64,000 nucleotides of DNA from an uncultured Acidobacteriota bacterium (lineage in GTDB: Bacteria > Acidobacteriota > Thermoanaerobaculia > UBA5066 > Gp7-AA6), in NCBI GenBank assembly GCA_963739435.1, contig CAVUAN010000005.1:168128-232127 (forward strand), written 5' to 3'. The notes under the pieces are model-generated. The model made no database searches. It was not told the origin of the DNA and worked only from the letters and a program-made list of their open reading frames with translations. Shown here piece by piece: positions 47,459-55,999 of this stretch. How positions within the stretch are numbered: position 1 is the stretch's first letter; every line of letters begins with the position of its first letter. A program made the position numbers and the translations under genes.

Positions 47459-49096
47459 CTACTGGAAGTACCCGTTCACGTCGATGACGACGTGGGCGGT
47501 GCCGGAGCCCTGGGTGCAATGGATGACGATGCCGCCCGAGGTTCCGAGGGGCACGATCGCGTCGTTGGCTCGCGTTTGCCCTGTCCCGTAGTTGATCGTC
47601 GCGATGGAGGGAAGCAACGAGCCGGCGGGATAGAAAGTCAGGAAGCCGGGCCCGGTGGACGGCTGCGTGACGGCCACGTTGAGCGACACCGAGGTCGCGG
47701 TCGGAGGGATGTTGCACTGGTTCGCAAAGACGATCGTGCGATCGCCACCCGCCGAGAGCGCCGGGCCTCCGTAAGGTCCGTTGGCCAGGCGCGTGTCGGC
47801 CACCCGGCAGGGGGTCAACGTGTAGAAGCCGGCCGCGGAGGGAGGCGCGTACTCGTAGCAGCCGATGTCGTAGCCGATTCCGACCGGACGCGCGCGGCCC
47901 TCGCGGTCTGAGGGCACGTTCGGCTGCGTCTGCCCCGCATCGATTCCCGGGGAGCCCGACTTCAGATGGTAGTCCGCCCCCGGGTTGACAACGAGATTCA
48001 CCAGCGCCGCCGAGAGCGAGTGCGGCTCGTGGCCCATTCCTTTCCATGTCGCGAGGACGATCCGGGTGCCGCCGTCGTCGGGCGACACCGCATCCATGAT
48101 GTTGTAGTCGCTGTCGGCGTCGGCGACGTCCGTGGCGTCCCCGAACACGATTCCGCCGTGACTCGGGTTGTTGTTGAAGAGGATGTTGTTGCGAATCGTG
48201 TTGGTGCCCGTCGAGGCGTGGAGCAGCAGGGCCCAGCGCCCGTTCGCGGCCATGTCGATCGTGTTGTTCAGGATCTGCATGCCCTTGGGCCCCGCGGTGC
48301 CGTCGATCTGGAAGCAGGCGATGCCGGAGGCGTGGTTGTTGTAGAGCAGGTTGTTGCGCACGATCGAGTCCTGAACGCCGTCCAGGTTGATCGCCGCTCC
48401 CCCGGCCGTCCCGTTGTTCCAGGCCACGTTGTTCTCGATCAAGGCGCCCGTGATCAGGCCGTCTCCGCCCTGGGACGCGTCGGCGTTCAGCTGGATTCCG
48501 CAGCCGGCGTTGTCATGGACGCGATTCCCTCGCACGGTCGGGCGATCTCCGGAGTTGGAGACATAGATGCCGTGCTGCGAGCCGCTCGCGTAGCACTCGT
48601 TGTTCTCGAGCAGGAGGTCGTCGGCAAAGTCCGTGAAGATCCCCCACGTGGCGTTGTTGCCGTACACGCCGTTCTTGACCGTGACGTGGTCGCTCTGGTC
48701 GATGCGGACCGCGGCGCGGTTGGCGTTGAACGCTCGCAGTCCTTCCAGGACGACGTAGGACGAGAAGAGGACGTGGATCGTGTCCCGGTTGTCGGAGCGG
48801 TCTCCCGTCGTCGTGACGACGGCGCCCTGGCCGACAGCCTGGATCGTGAAAGGAAGGGAGACGGTCCCGGCCATGCTGTCGAGGTCAAAACCCAGGTAGC
48901 TGCCGTCGGCGACGAGCACCGTGTCGCCGGGATGTCCGACCGAGATCGCCTTGCGGATCTGCCGGAAGGGCAGCGCCTGCGACCCGCTGTTGGAATCGCT
49001 GCCCGAAGGCGAGACGTAGAACGTCCCCGCGGCGGCGAGCTGCGCTCCCGCCAGAAGGATCCCGAACGCGGCGGCAACCTTCCGCTTACTGGAAAT
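47459..49096 (-). CDS. Secreted right-handed beta-helix protein (pectate-lyase-fold-like) with C-terminal two-Cys module (B2); start uncertain
   Basis: Beta-helix repeats are present (NNECYASGSQHGIYVSNSGDRPTVRGNRVHDNAGCGIQL ... NNLLYNNHASGI...). The C-terminus is FYTLTPCRVADTR...VVIDVNGYFQ*. The signal peptide SSKRKVAAAFGILLAGAQLAAAG has no ATG, GTG or TTG in front of it. The nearest candidate start is ATT at 49096. The track start at 49219 would overlap B3 by 134 nt. Confidence 0.7.
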   Translation of the reverse strand: MSSKRKVAAAFGILLAGAQLAAAGTFYVSPSGSDSNSGSQALPFRQIRKAISVGHPGDTVLVADGSYLGFDLDSMAGTVSLPFTIQAVGQGAVVTTTGDRSDNRDTIHVLFSSYVVLEGLRAFNANRAAVRIDQSDHVTVKNGVYGNNATWGIFTDFADDLLLENNECYASGSQHGIYVSNSGDRPTVRGNRVHDNAGCGIQLNADASQGGDGLITGALIENNVAWNNGTAGGAAINLDGVQDSIVRNNLLYNNHASGIACFQIDGTAGPKGMQILNNTIDMAANGRWALLLHASTGTNTIRNNILFNNNPSHGGIVFGDATDVADADSDYNIMDAVSPDDGGTRIVLATWKGMGHEPHSLSAALVNLVVNPGADYHLKSGSPGIDAGQTQPNVPSDREGRARPVGIGYDIGCYEYAPPSAAGFYTLTPCRVADTRLANGPYGGPALSAGGDRTIVFANQCNIPPTATSVSLNVAVTQPSTGPGFLTFYPAGSLLPSIATINYGTGQTRANDAIVPLGTSGGIVIHCTQGSGTAHVVIDVNGYFQ

Positions 49097-49550
49097 AGCC
49101 GGTCGCGTCGATGACGAGATGGGCCGTCGGGCCCACGCCCATCGCCGGGTACACCGAAACCTGCAGCGACGGGTCGGCCGCAAGGGGCGCAATCGCTCCG
49201 TTGGCGATCGCCGGCTCATTCGGGTCGAAGTTGATCGTCGCCACCAGCGGCATGGTCGTGTTGTACGGCCAGACCCGCAGGTTGCCGCCGCTCGTCGGAC
49301 CGACGATGACGACGTTCAACACGGCCGCCTGGGCCGTCGCCGGGATCCCGCAGGTGCCTCCCGTGATCGGGAACGACCGCACCACGTTTCCCGCCAGAAT
49401 CGGGCCGCCCGTCGGGCCGACCGGCCCGCGCGTGTCGACCAGCCGGCATGGCGTGATCGAGTAGAACTGGAAGGGCCCGCCCGCCGGCGCCGACGAGGCC
49501 AGCAGAATGACCACCACCGACAGAAGAATCGACCGGAGTACGCCTCTCAT
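49086..49550 (-). CDS. Stand-alone secreted two-Cys module protein (B3)
   Basis: The 154-aa product is a signal peptide plus the module only (GPFQFYSITPCRLVDTRGPVGPTGGP...TCGIP...HLVIDATGYFQ*). Confidence 0.8.
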   Translation of the reverse strand: MRGVLRSILLSVVVILLASSAPAGGPFQFYSITPCRLVDTRGPVGPTGGPILAGNVVRSFPITGGTCGIPATAQAAVLNVVIVGPTSGGNLRVWPYNTTMPLVATINFDPNEPAIANGAIAPLAADPSLQVSVYPAMGVGPTAHLVIDATGYFQ

Positions 49551-49558
49551 GGAACCTC

Positions 49559-51437
49559 CTATTGGAAATACCCGTTGACGTCGACGACGACATGGACCGT
49601 GCCCGAACCCTGCCCGCAGTGAATGATGAGATCTGTGTTGACACCCAGGAGCGTGTTCACATTGTTACTGCGCGTTTGACCCGACTTGTAGTTGATCGTC
49701 GCGGCCGACGGCAGCGGAGCGCCCACCGGATAGAGCGTCAGGAAGCTCGGGCCCGTCGTCGGCTGCGTCACCGCCACGTTCAAGGACACGCCCCTGGCTC
49801 CCGGCGGAATCCCGCACTGGTTCGCAAACACAAACGTCCGATCCGCTCCAGCCGCGAGCGCGGGCAAGCCATACGACCCATTAGCGATGCGCGTGTCGAT
49901 CACCCGGCAAGGCGGCACCGTGTAATAGCCGACGTTGTTGGTGTAGGTGAAGGCGTTGGGAAGCGCCGCCGCCTGCGCGTCCGGGTTCGTCACCGTCACG
50001 CCGACGGTTGCAGCGCTGCCCGCCGGAGCCGTGGCCTGGAGAGTCGTCGAGTTCGACGAAGGTGCTCGAAACCGACGCGGCTCCGAAGGCAACCGTCGCG
50101 CCCGAGACGAAATTCGTGCCGGCGACCGTAACGAGCGTCCCCCCTGCCGTCGGCCCGAAGTTCGGCGTGACGCTCGTGACCGTCGGCGCCGGCAGCGGCG
50201 CGCACGAGGTGAGCCCGTCGCCGTAGATCCACCGAATGGCGTCCTGATCGTCCGTGCCCAGCGTCGTACGGTTCTGTACAAGCCAGTACATGGTCGCGCT
50301 GCCTTCATCTCCCGGGCAAACGTCGTGCGGTGAGACAACAGTATTGGCCGGGTTCTGCTCGCCCGAGTGGCCGAGACCGAGAGTGTGACCGAGTTCGTGA
50401 GTCACGACGGACTGCATCGTCACTGAGCCGTAATCATTCAGATTGCAGAGAGGGCGTACCCAGACCTTCCCGCTGGTGATCGTCGAATACGTTTCGCCTC
50501 GCCAGGAATGGGATCCTGATAAGGTCTGCGGTCCTCCACAGCCGATGACGCCGGCACCCGCCAAGCAGGTCGACCACCCGCAGGGCGAAGTCGGCGCCGC
50601 GAGGTCGATTATGTTCCCCGAGCCAATTGTGAAGCTGATAGTCGAATCGGGATCGTTCGTCCAGGCGGCCAAGGCACCAATAGCCTCGGCGGTCCCGCCA
50701 CCCGTGATGTTCACTGAGTTCTGCAGCACCCACGAAGCAGTCGGCGGGTTCCACCGAACAAGGCTGGTGCTGCCGTAGATGTTGGACCACTCCGGCTGGA
50801 TTTGCATTCCGCCGGCGACCACATGGACGACGGGGACAGCCGTCCCTGGGGACGGCAGTCGACCGAGTCTCCCGCGCTCCCAATCGCAGCGATCGCAGCA
50901 TCGCCGACAGCTCGCGGGCGGGGTCCGTCGAGAGCGGCGCGTCAGTCTCAAGCCGCTTGCGGCGCGGCTGCACCGTGACCTGCGCATGACCTACCGCGAG
51001 AGCCGGCACGGCGAACGCCACACCGCGCTCGTCATTCTGCACTTCGAACTTCCCGAGCAGCATCTCCGACGTTTGATACTCGCCCTGCACGCGCGCGATC
51101 GCAAAGACAATGACCTCGCGACCGGGGACGTACTCCGGCGCGCCCCACAGCTTGAAGGAACGCCCGTCGGGCAGCTGCCCGCCCAGTTGGTGCAGAATCA
51201 GTGGCCCCCGCAGGCTCCCTTTCAAGACCTCGATCGGCTCAACGACCGTGAGCATCTCGGGCCGGCCCTCGCTCGTCTACAGTCACGTCGCTCGAGACGA
51301 CGATGCCGTGCACGATGACTTGGGACCGGTCGTAGAGCTCCTATCGCTGATCGGGATGATCGAAGTCGCAAGCAACGCTGACGCCCGCGATTGAGGCGAG
51401 CAGAGCCCCCGACAGCTCCCTGCGAAAACCGTGTCAT
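49559..51437 (-). pseudogene. Metzincin-type zinc metalloprotease + IPT/TIG domain + C-terminal two-Cys module (B4), at least four reading-frame disruptions
   Basis: - The ATG at 51437 forms an ATGA junction with B5.
- Lipoprotein-like signal ..ALLASIAGVSVAC.
- HELGHTLGLGHS zinc site.
- IPT/TIG domain PTVTSVTPNFGPTAGGTLVTVAGTNF.
- C-terminus YYTVPPCRVIDTR...VVVDVNGYFQ*.
- These segments lie in different frames (ORFs 50434..51255, 49881..50987, 49559..50338) and there is an in-frame TAG. Confidence 0.65.
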
Positions 51438-53586
51438 TGGTAATACCCGTTGACGTCGACGACGACATGGACCGTGCCCGAACCCTGCCCGCAGTGAATG
51501 ACGAGATCTGTGTTGGCACCCAGGAGCGTGTTCACATTGTTGCTGCGCGTTTGACCCGACTTGTAGTTGATCGTCGCGGCCGCCGGCAGCGGCGCGCCGA
51601 CGGGATAGAGCGTCAGGAAGCTCGGGCCCGTCGTCGGCTGCGTCACGGCCACGTTCAGGGACACGCCCTTGGCTCCCGGCGGAATCCCGCACTGGCTTCG
51701 CGAAGACGAACGTCCGGTCCGCTCCCGCCGCGAGCGCGGGCCCGCCATAGCGGCCCGTTGGCGTTACGGCGTGTCGATCACCCGGCACGGCGTCACCGTG
51801 TAATAACGCCGACGTTGCTGTTGTAGGTGAAGGCGCTGGGGAGCGTCGCCGCCTGCGCGTCCGGGTTGGTCGCCGTCACGCCGACGGTTCCAGCGCTGCC
51901 AGCGGGAGCTGTCGCCTGAGCGTCGTCGAATTGACGAAGGTGCTCGGAACCGACGCGGCTCCGAAGGCAACCGTCGCGCCGGACTGGAAATTGGTACCCG
52001 CGACTGTAACGACCGTGCCCCCGGCCGTGGGCCCGAAGGTCGGCGTCACGCCGCCGATCGTCGGCGGCGGAACAACGATCGAGTAGGTGTAGGCAATCGG
52101 CAGCGTACCGGTCTGGAAGTCCGGGTTCATCACGAGCGACGTCCACCAGCCCCGCCGCGTGCCACGAGTCGTCGCGGTAATGCTGCGGCGCCGACCGTCC
52201 CACGCCACGTTCACGCCTGCCGCGACATCGCCGATCGTGACCGTGGCGCCCGCAGACGAAGTTGCTTCCCGCTGATCGTGACCGGTGTCCCGCCGGCGAT
52301 CAGGCCGGAGGGCGGGCTCATCGTGGAGATCGACGGTCCCGGCCCCGTGCCGAGGCAGGACGCCGACCGAATTCTCCACGAAGTTTCGGATCCGGGTCAG
52401 GACCGCCGGCTGGTTTCCCCGGGTACGCCCAGGTAGAAGTTCGAGAGCGGCATAACCCCCGATGAGGTGGCAGTAGCTCATGATCGTGCCGAGCTCGCGT
52501 GGCACGCTCGTGGGGCCGCTGTAGCCGGAGCCGCCTTCACCCGCGTAACACATGTCGACCGGAGGGATATAACAGTGCGTGTGCGGTGAGCTGAAGTTGT
52601 GCCCGATCTCGTGCGTGACGACGAGAATGTGCGAGTCGAGACCCGGGTTCGTGGTGGAGAAGGATCCGTTCAGGCTGCCGCTCACGCCGTAGCCCAGGCC
52701 TCCGCAGATCTGGCTGAGGTATGCGACACCGCCCCCGAGGCCGCGCATGCTGAGCATGTGCGCCGTGCTCCGCGGGACGGCGGTACGGTTCGTCTGCCAG
52801 TAGGAGAGAACTCGCTCAGCGCGCCGGAGGAGTCTCCGGCCGTCCAGGGGTCGGCGGCCGTCGTCCAGAGGGCAGAGGTCGTGACCCTGGAGGACGACTT
52901 CGACGTCGCGCTGATAGATCGCACTGGCCGCGGCGAAGAGATCGGACACATACTGCGTTGCGCCGGAGACCGAACCGAAGTTGGCGTAAAACTCGTAGTC
53001 GGTCTCGAGGGCCACGCTCGCGTAGTAGACGGTGTTGGAAAGCGGTCGAGGCTGAGCGAGGGTGCGCAGCACCTTGGTCGTCGACGGAGGCTCGGGAAGC
53101 GATTCGGTCCCGCATCTCCACGAGCGCATGCTCTCCGGGACTTCGAGATCGGAAGTCAGGGTGTGCAAGCGCGGTCCATGCGTCGGCCCGCGATAGGCGT
53201 CCGTGTAGGGGGCGAGGACGATCAGCCGGCCCGCCCGTGGAGATCATGCCGCGCGGGCTTTTCTCGCCCGCGAGAAGGACAACGCGACTGGGGATCGCCC
53301 GCGACCTGCCCCGACGAAATACGGATCGGACGTGAGAGGTGAGGTCGTGTCCCCGGAGTCACGAGTGGATCACCAGCTTCGCGTCGGCTGTGAAGGGCTC
53401 AAAGCGCGTCAGGTCCAGCGTGATCTCGGTCCCGTCCTCCGAGTAGCACGTTCCGGCTCTGGAGCTTCGCGCCGGACGGAAGCGGGCTCGAAAGGGCGGT
53501 GAGGAGACCGGCATCCGGTGCGTGCAGGAAGGCCCCGCCGCGCAAGCGAGCAGGAGCCCGGCCAGCAGGATCGGTCGCAACTTCAC
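51434..53586 (-). pseudogene. Reprolysin-like zinc metalloprotease + two IPT/TIG domains + C-terminal two-Cys module (B5), many reading-frame disruptions; N-terminal boundary uncertain
   Basis: The zinc site is HEIGHNFSSPHTH. IPT/TIG segments are PSISTMSPPSGLIAGGTPVTISG and PTIGGVTPTFGPTAGGTVVTVAGTNF. The tail YYTVTPCRVIDT...CGIPPGAKGVSLNVAVTQPTTGPSF...VVVDVNGYYQ* is scattered over three frames. The lipoprotein-like ORF 53359..53586 (MKLRPILLAGLLLACAAG..) may be its true N-terminus. Confidence 0.55.
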
Positions 53587-53707
53587 TGTCTTACCCCCAG
53601 AATGGCCCTTTTCTAAGCAAGTTCCGTTCCCCGGGTAAGGCAGCCTAACTAGCTGAGCCCGAATGGCTTCCGAGGCGCCCCGAAAGGCGAATTGACAAGC
53701 ATCGTCA

Positions 53708-55390
53708 CTATTGGAGGTACCCGTTGACGTCTATGACCAGGTGGGCCGTTCCGGCCCCCTGGCCGCAGAACACCGTGGCCTCCCCGAGAGGCCCCAGTGG
53801 CACGATCGCGTTGTTGGCGCGGATCCTCCCCGCGTTGTAATTGACCGTCGAAGCGAGCGGCCGCGGCGAGCCGCCCGCCGTCAGGGTCAGGAAGCCGGGG
53901 CCGTTGGTCGCGTTGACGACCACGATATTGGCCGACACCCACTTCGCGCCCAATGGAATCCCGCACTGGCCCGCGAACACGAACGTCCGAGTTGCTCCGG
54001 CCGAAAGCGGCGGACCGCCGTAGAGACCCTCCGCTCCGCGCGTGTCCAGCACCCGGCACGGAGGCACCGTGAAAAACTGCAGCGCCGAGGGCGTGGGCGT
54101 CGGGGGCGGGCTCCCGGGGTGCGTGAGCCGGTAGAACCCGCCGCCGCCGGTGCCCAGGTAGATCTCCCCCACGGAATCTTCGCCGAACGTCTGCAATCCG
54201 GGCAGAGTCGGCGTCAGCAGTTGCCCGTTGCCCCAGAGATTGCCGGAGCATTCGTCGCCGTAGAGATACGTGCCGTAGAGGTTCAGGTCCTGCGATCCCC
54301 GATACACGTATCCCCCGATGATCGCGCACCCGAAGCTGTGGTCGTACTCGTAGACGGGCAGCGTGTAGCTCGGGTCGCCACAGATCGGCGGAACGGGGCT
54401 GCACCCGTTGCTGCCGTCCGCGCCGCAGATGCTTCCCTCCATCACCTTCCAGCCGTAGTTCTGCCCGCCGGCGCTCGACTGCGGTTGAAAATCCACCTCT
54501 TCCCGCGCGCTCTGTCCGACGTCGCCGATCCAGAAGTCGCCCGTCGCGCGGTCAAACGAGAAGCGAAAGGGATTCCGCAGGCCCTTCGCCCAGAAAAGAT
54601 TGCGCGGAAAGGGCGAGCCCGCGAAGGGATTGGACGCCGGAATCCCGTAGAAAGGCGACACGCCGACGTTCTGATCGACGTCGATCCGAAGCATCTTGCC
54701 GAGCGCAACGGCGTCGTTCTGCGCGTTGCAGGGCGGATCGTTGCCCGAGCCGCCGTCGCCGGTGCCGATGTAGAGGTAGCCGTCGGGGCCGAACTGAAGC
54801 TGGCCGCCGTTGTGGTTCGCGTTGATCGGGTGCGGGATCGTCAGAAGAATCGCCCGCGTCGTCGGGTCGGCCCGGTTGGCGTCCGAGGCCATGCGCTGGT
54901 AGCGGACGATCTCGATATCTCCGGCCGTGTTGGTGGTGTAGATGAAGAGATAGCCGTTGGCCGCGTACTGCGGGTGGAAGGCGACCGACAGCAGCCCGCG
55001 CTCTCCGCAGCACGAGATGAGAGTCGACACATCGAGAAACGGCGTGGAGAGAATGGCCCCGCCCGAGTAGATCCGGATCTGCCCGGACTGGATCGTCAGG
55101 AAGAGGCGGGAGTCCTTGGCGTTCGTGATCGAGGTGATCGAGCCGAGCCCGGAGGTCAGCAACTGGAGCCCTATAGAGGGTGGCGCGGCCGGCGAAGCCT
55201 GGATGGCCCCGGCGCGGCCGGAACGAACCAGCAGCGCGGCAAGCGCCAGGGCGAGGGTAAGAGCGAGGGCGAAGGCGCCCCGTCGCCTGAACCGACGCCG
55301 CATACCTTTCGAAGCGTCGTCCCGGAGGGTTTCCGCCAGTCCCGGCCATCCGAGCCTCGCGGCAATCATCCGGGCCCAATCGAGGTCCAT
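53708..55390 (-). CDS. PQQ-dependent sugar dehydrogenase-like beta-propeller (sGDH/sorbosone dehydrogenase family) with C-terminal two-Cys module (B6)
   Basis: Family-like segments are ..ERGLLSVAFHPQYAANGYLFIYTT.., HNGGQLQFGPDGYLYIGTGDGG and GLRNPFRFSFDRATGDFWIGDVGQ. The C-terminus is FFTVPPCRVLDTR...LVIDVNGYLQ*. The ATG at 55390 has a GGGAGG Shine-Dalgarno sequence. An alternative ATG at 55303 lies just before the hydrophobic segment. Confidence 0.8.
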   Translation of the reverse strand: MDLDWARMIAARLGWPGLAETLRDDASKGMRRRFRRRGAFALALTLALALAALLVRSGRAGAIQASPAAPPSIGLQLLTSGLGSITSITNAKDSRLFLTIQSGQIRIYSGGAILSTPFLDVSTLISCCGERGLLSVAFHPQYAANGYLFIYTTNTAGDIEIVRYQRMASDANRADPTTRAILLTIPHPINANHNGGQLQFGPDGYLYIGTGDGGSGNDPPCNAQNDAVALGKMLRIDVDQNVGVSPFYGIPASNPFAGSPFPRNLFWAKGLRNPFRFSFDRATGDFWIGDVGQSAREEVDFQPQSSAGGQNYGWKVMEGSICGADGSNGCSPVPPICGDPSYTLPVYEYDHSFGCAIIGGYVYRGSQDLNLYGTYLYGDECSGNLWGNGQLLTPTLPGLQTFGEDSVGEIYLGTGGGGFYRLTHPGSPPPTPTPSALQFFTVPPCRVLDTRGAEGLYGGPPLSAGATRTFVFAGQCGIPLGAKWVSANIVVVNATNGPGFLTLTAGGSPRPLASTVNYNAGRIRANNAIVPLGPLGEATVFCGQGAGTAHLVIDVNGYLQ

Positions 55391-55519
55391 GGGCCCTCCC
55401 GGTGAGCCTCAATTATACAAGCCGAGACGATCTTCCTCAGGGGGGTTAAGGAAACACTAGGGGGCAGGGCGGAGGCCCCGTGGGCCGCCAGCCTGCCCCC
55501 CAAGAACGAAGACGGCGAT

Positions 55520-55990
55520 CTACTGGAAGTAGCCGGTCGCGTCGATGACGAGATGGGCCGTCGGGCCCACGCCCATCGCCGGGTACACCGAGACCTGCAG
55601 CGACGGGTCGTTCGCCAGAGGAGCAATCGCTCCGTTGGCGATCGCCGGCTCATTCGGGTCGAAGTTGATCGTCGCCACCAGCGGCATGGTCGTGTTGTAC
55701 GGCCAGACCCGCAGGTTGCCGCCGCTCGTCGGACCGACGATGACGACGTTCAACACCGCCGCCTGGGCCGTCGTCGGGATCCCGCAGGTGCCTCCCGTGA
55801 TCGGGAACGACCGCACCACGTTTCCCGCCAGGATCGGCCCGCCCGTCGGGCCGACCGGCCCGCGCGTGTCGACCAGCCGGCACGGCGTGATCGAGTAGAA
55901 CTGGAAGGGGCCGGCGCCGTTCGTCGAGCTGGAGACGAGGAGCGCGACCACTCCGATTGCCAGAACACCGAGGGACGATTGCTTCTTCAC
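55520..55990 (-). CDS. Stand-alone secreted two-Cys module protein (B7), near-duplicate of B3
   Basis: The GTG start at 55990 follows GGAGG, 9 nt after the B8 stop. The mature part differs from B3 at only 2 residues. The signal peptide is unrelated to that of B3. Confidence 0.8.
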   Translation of the reverse strand: MKKQSSLGVLAIGVVALLVSSSTNGAGPFQFYSITPCRLVDTRGPVGPTGGPILAGNVVRSFPITGGTCGIPTTAQAAVLNVVIVGPTSGGNLRVWPYNTTMPLVATINFDPNEPAIANGAIAPLANDPSLQVSVYPAMGVGPTAHLVIDATGYFQ

Positions 55991-55999
55991 GCCGACCTC

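Noticed and set aside
53359-53586. The 75-aa lipoprotein-like ORF (MKLRPILLAGLLLACAAG...) treated as an independent small gene.
   Set aside because: Sequence downstream of its stop continues in shifting frames with segments typical of a metalloprotease pro-region (..GDPQSRVVLLAGEKS.. and ..RLIVLAPYTDAYRG..). It is more likely the disrupted N-terminus of B5. I kept it inside the pseudogene call, with an uncertain boundary.
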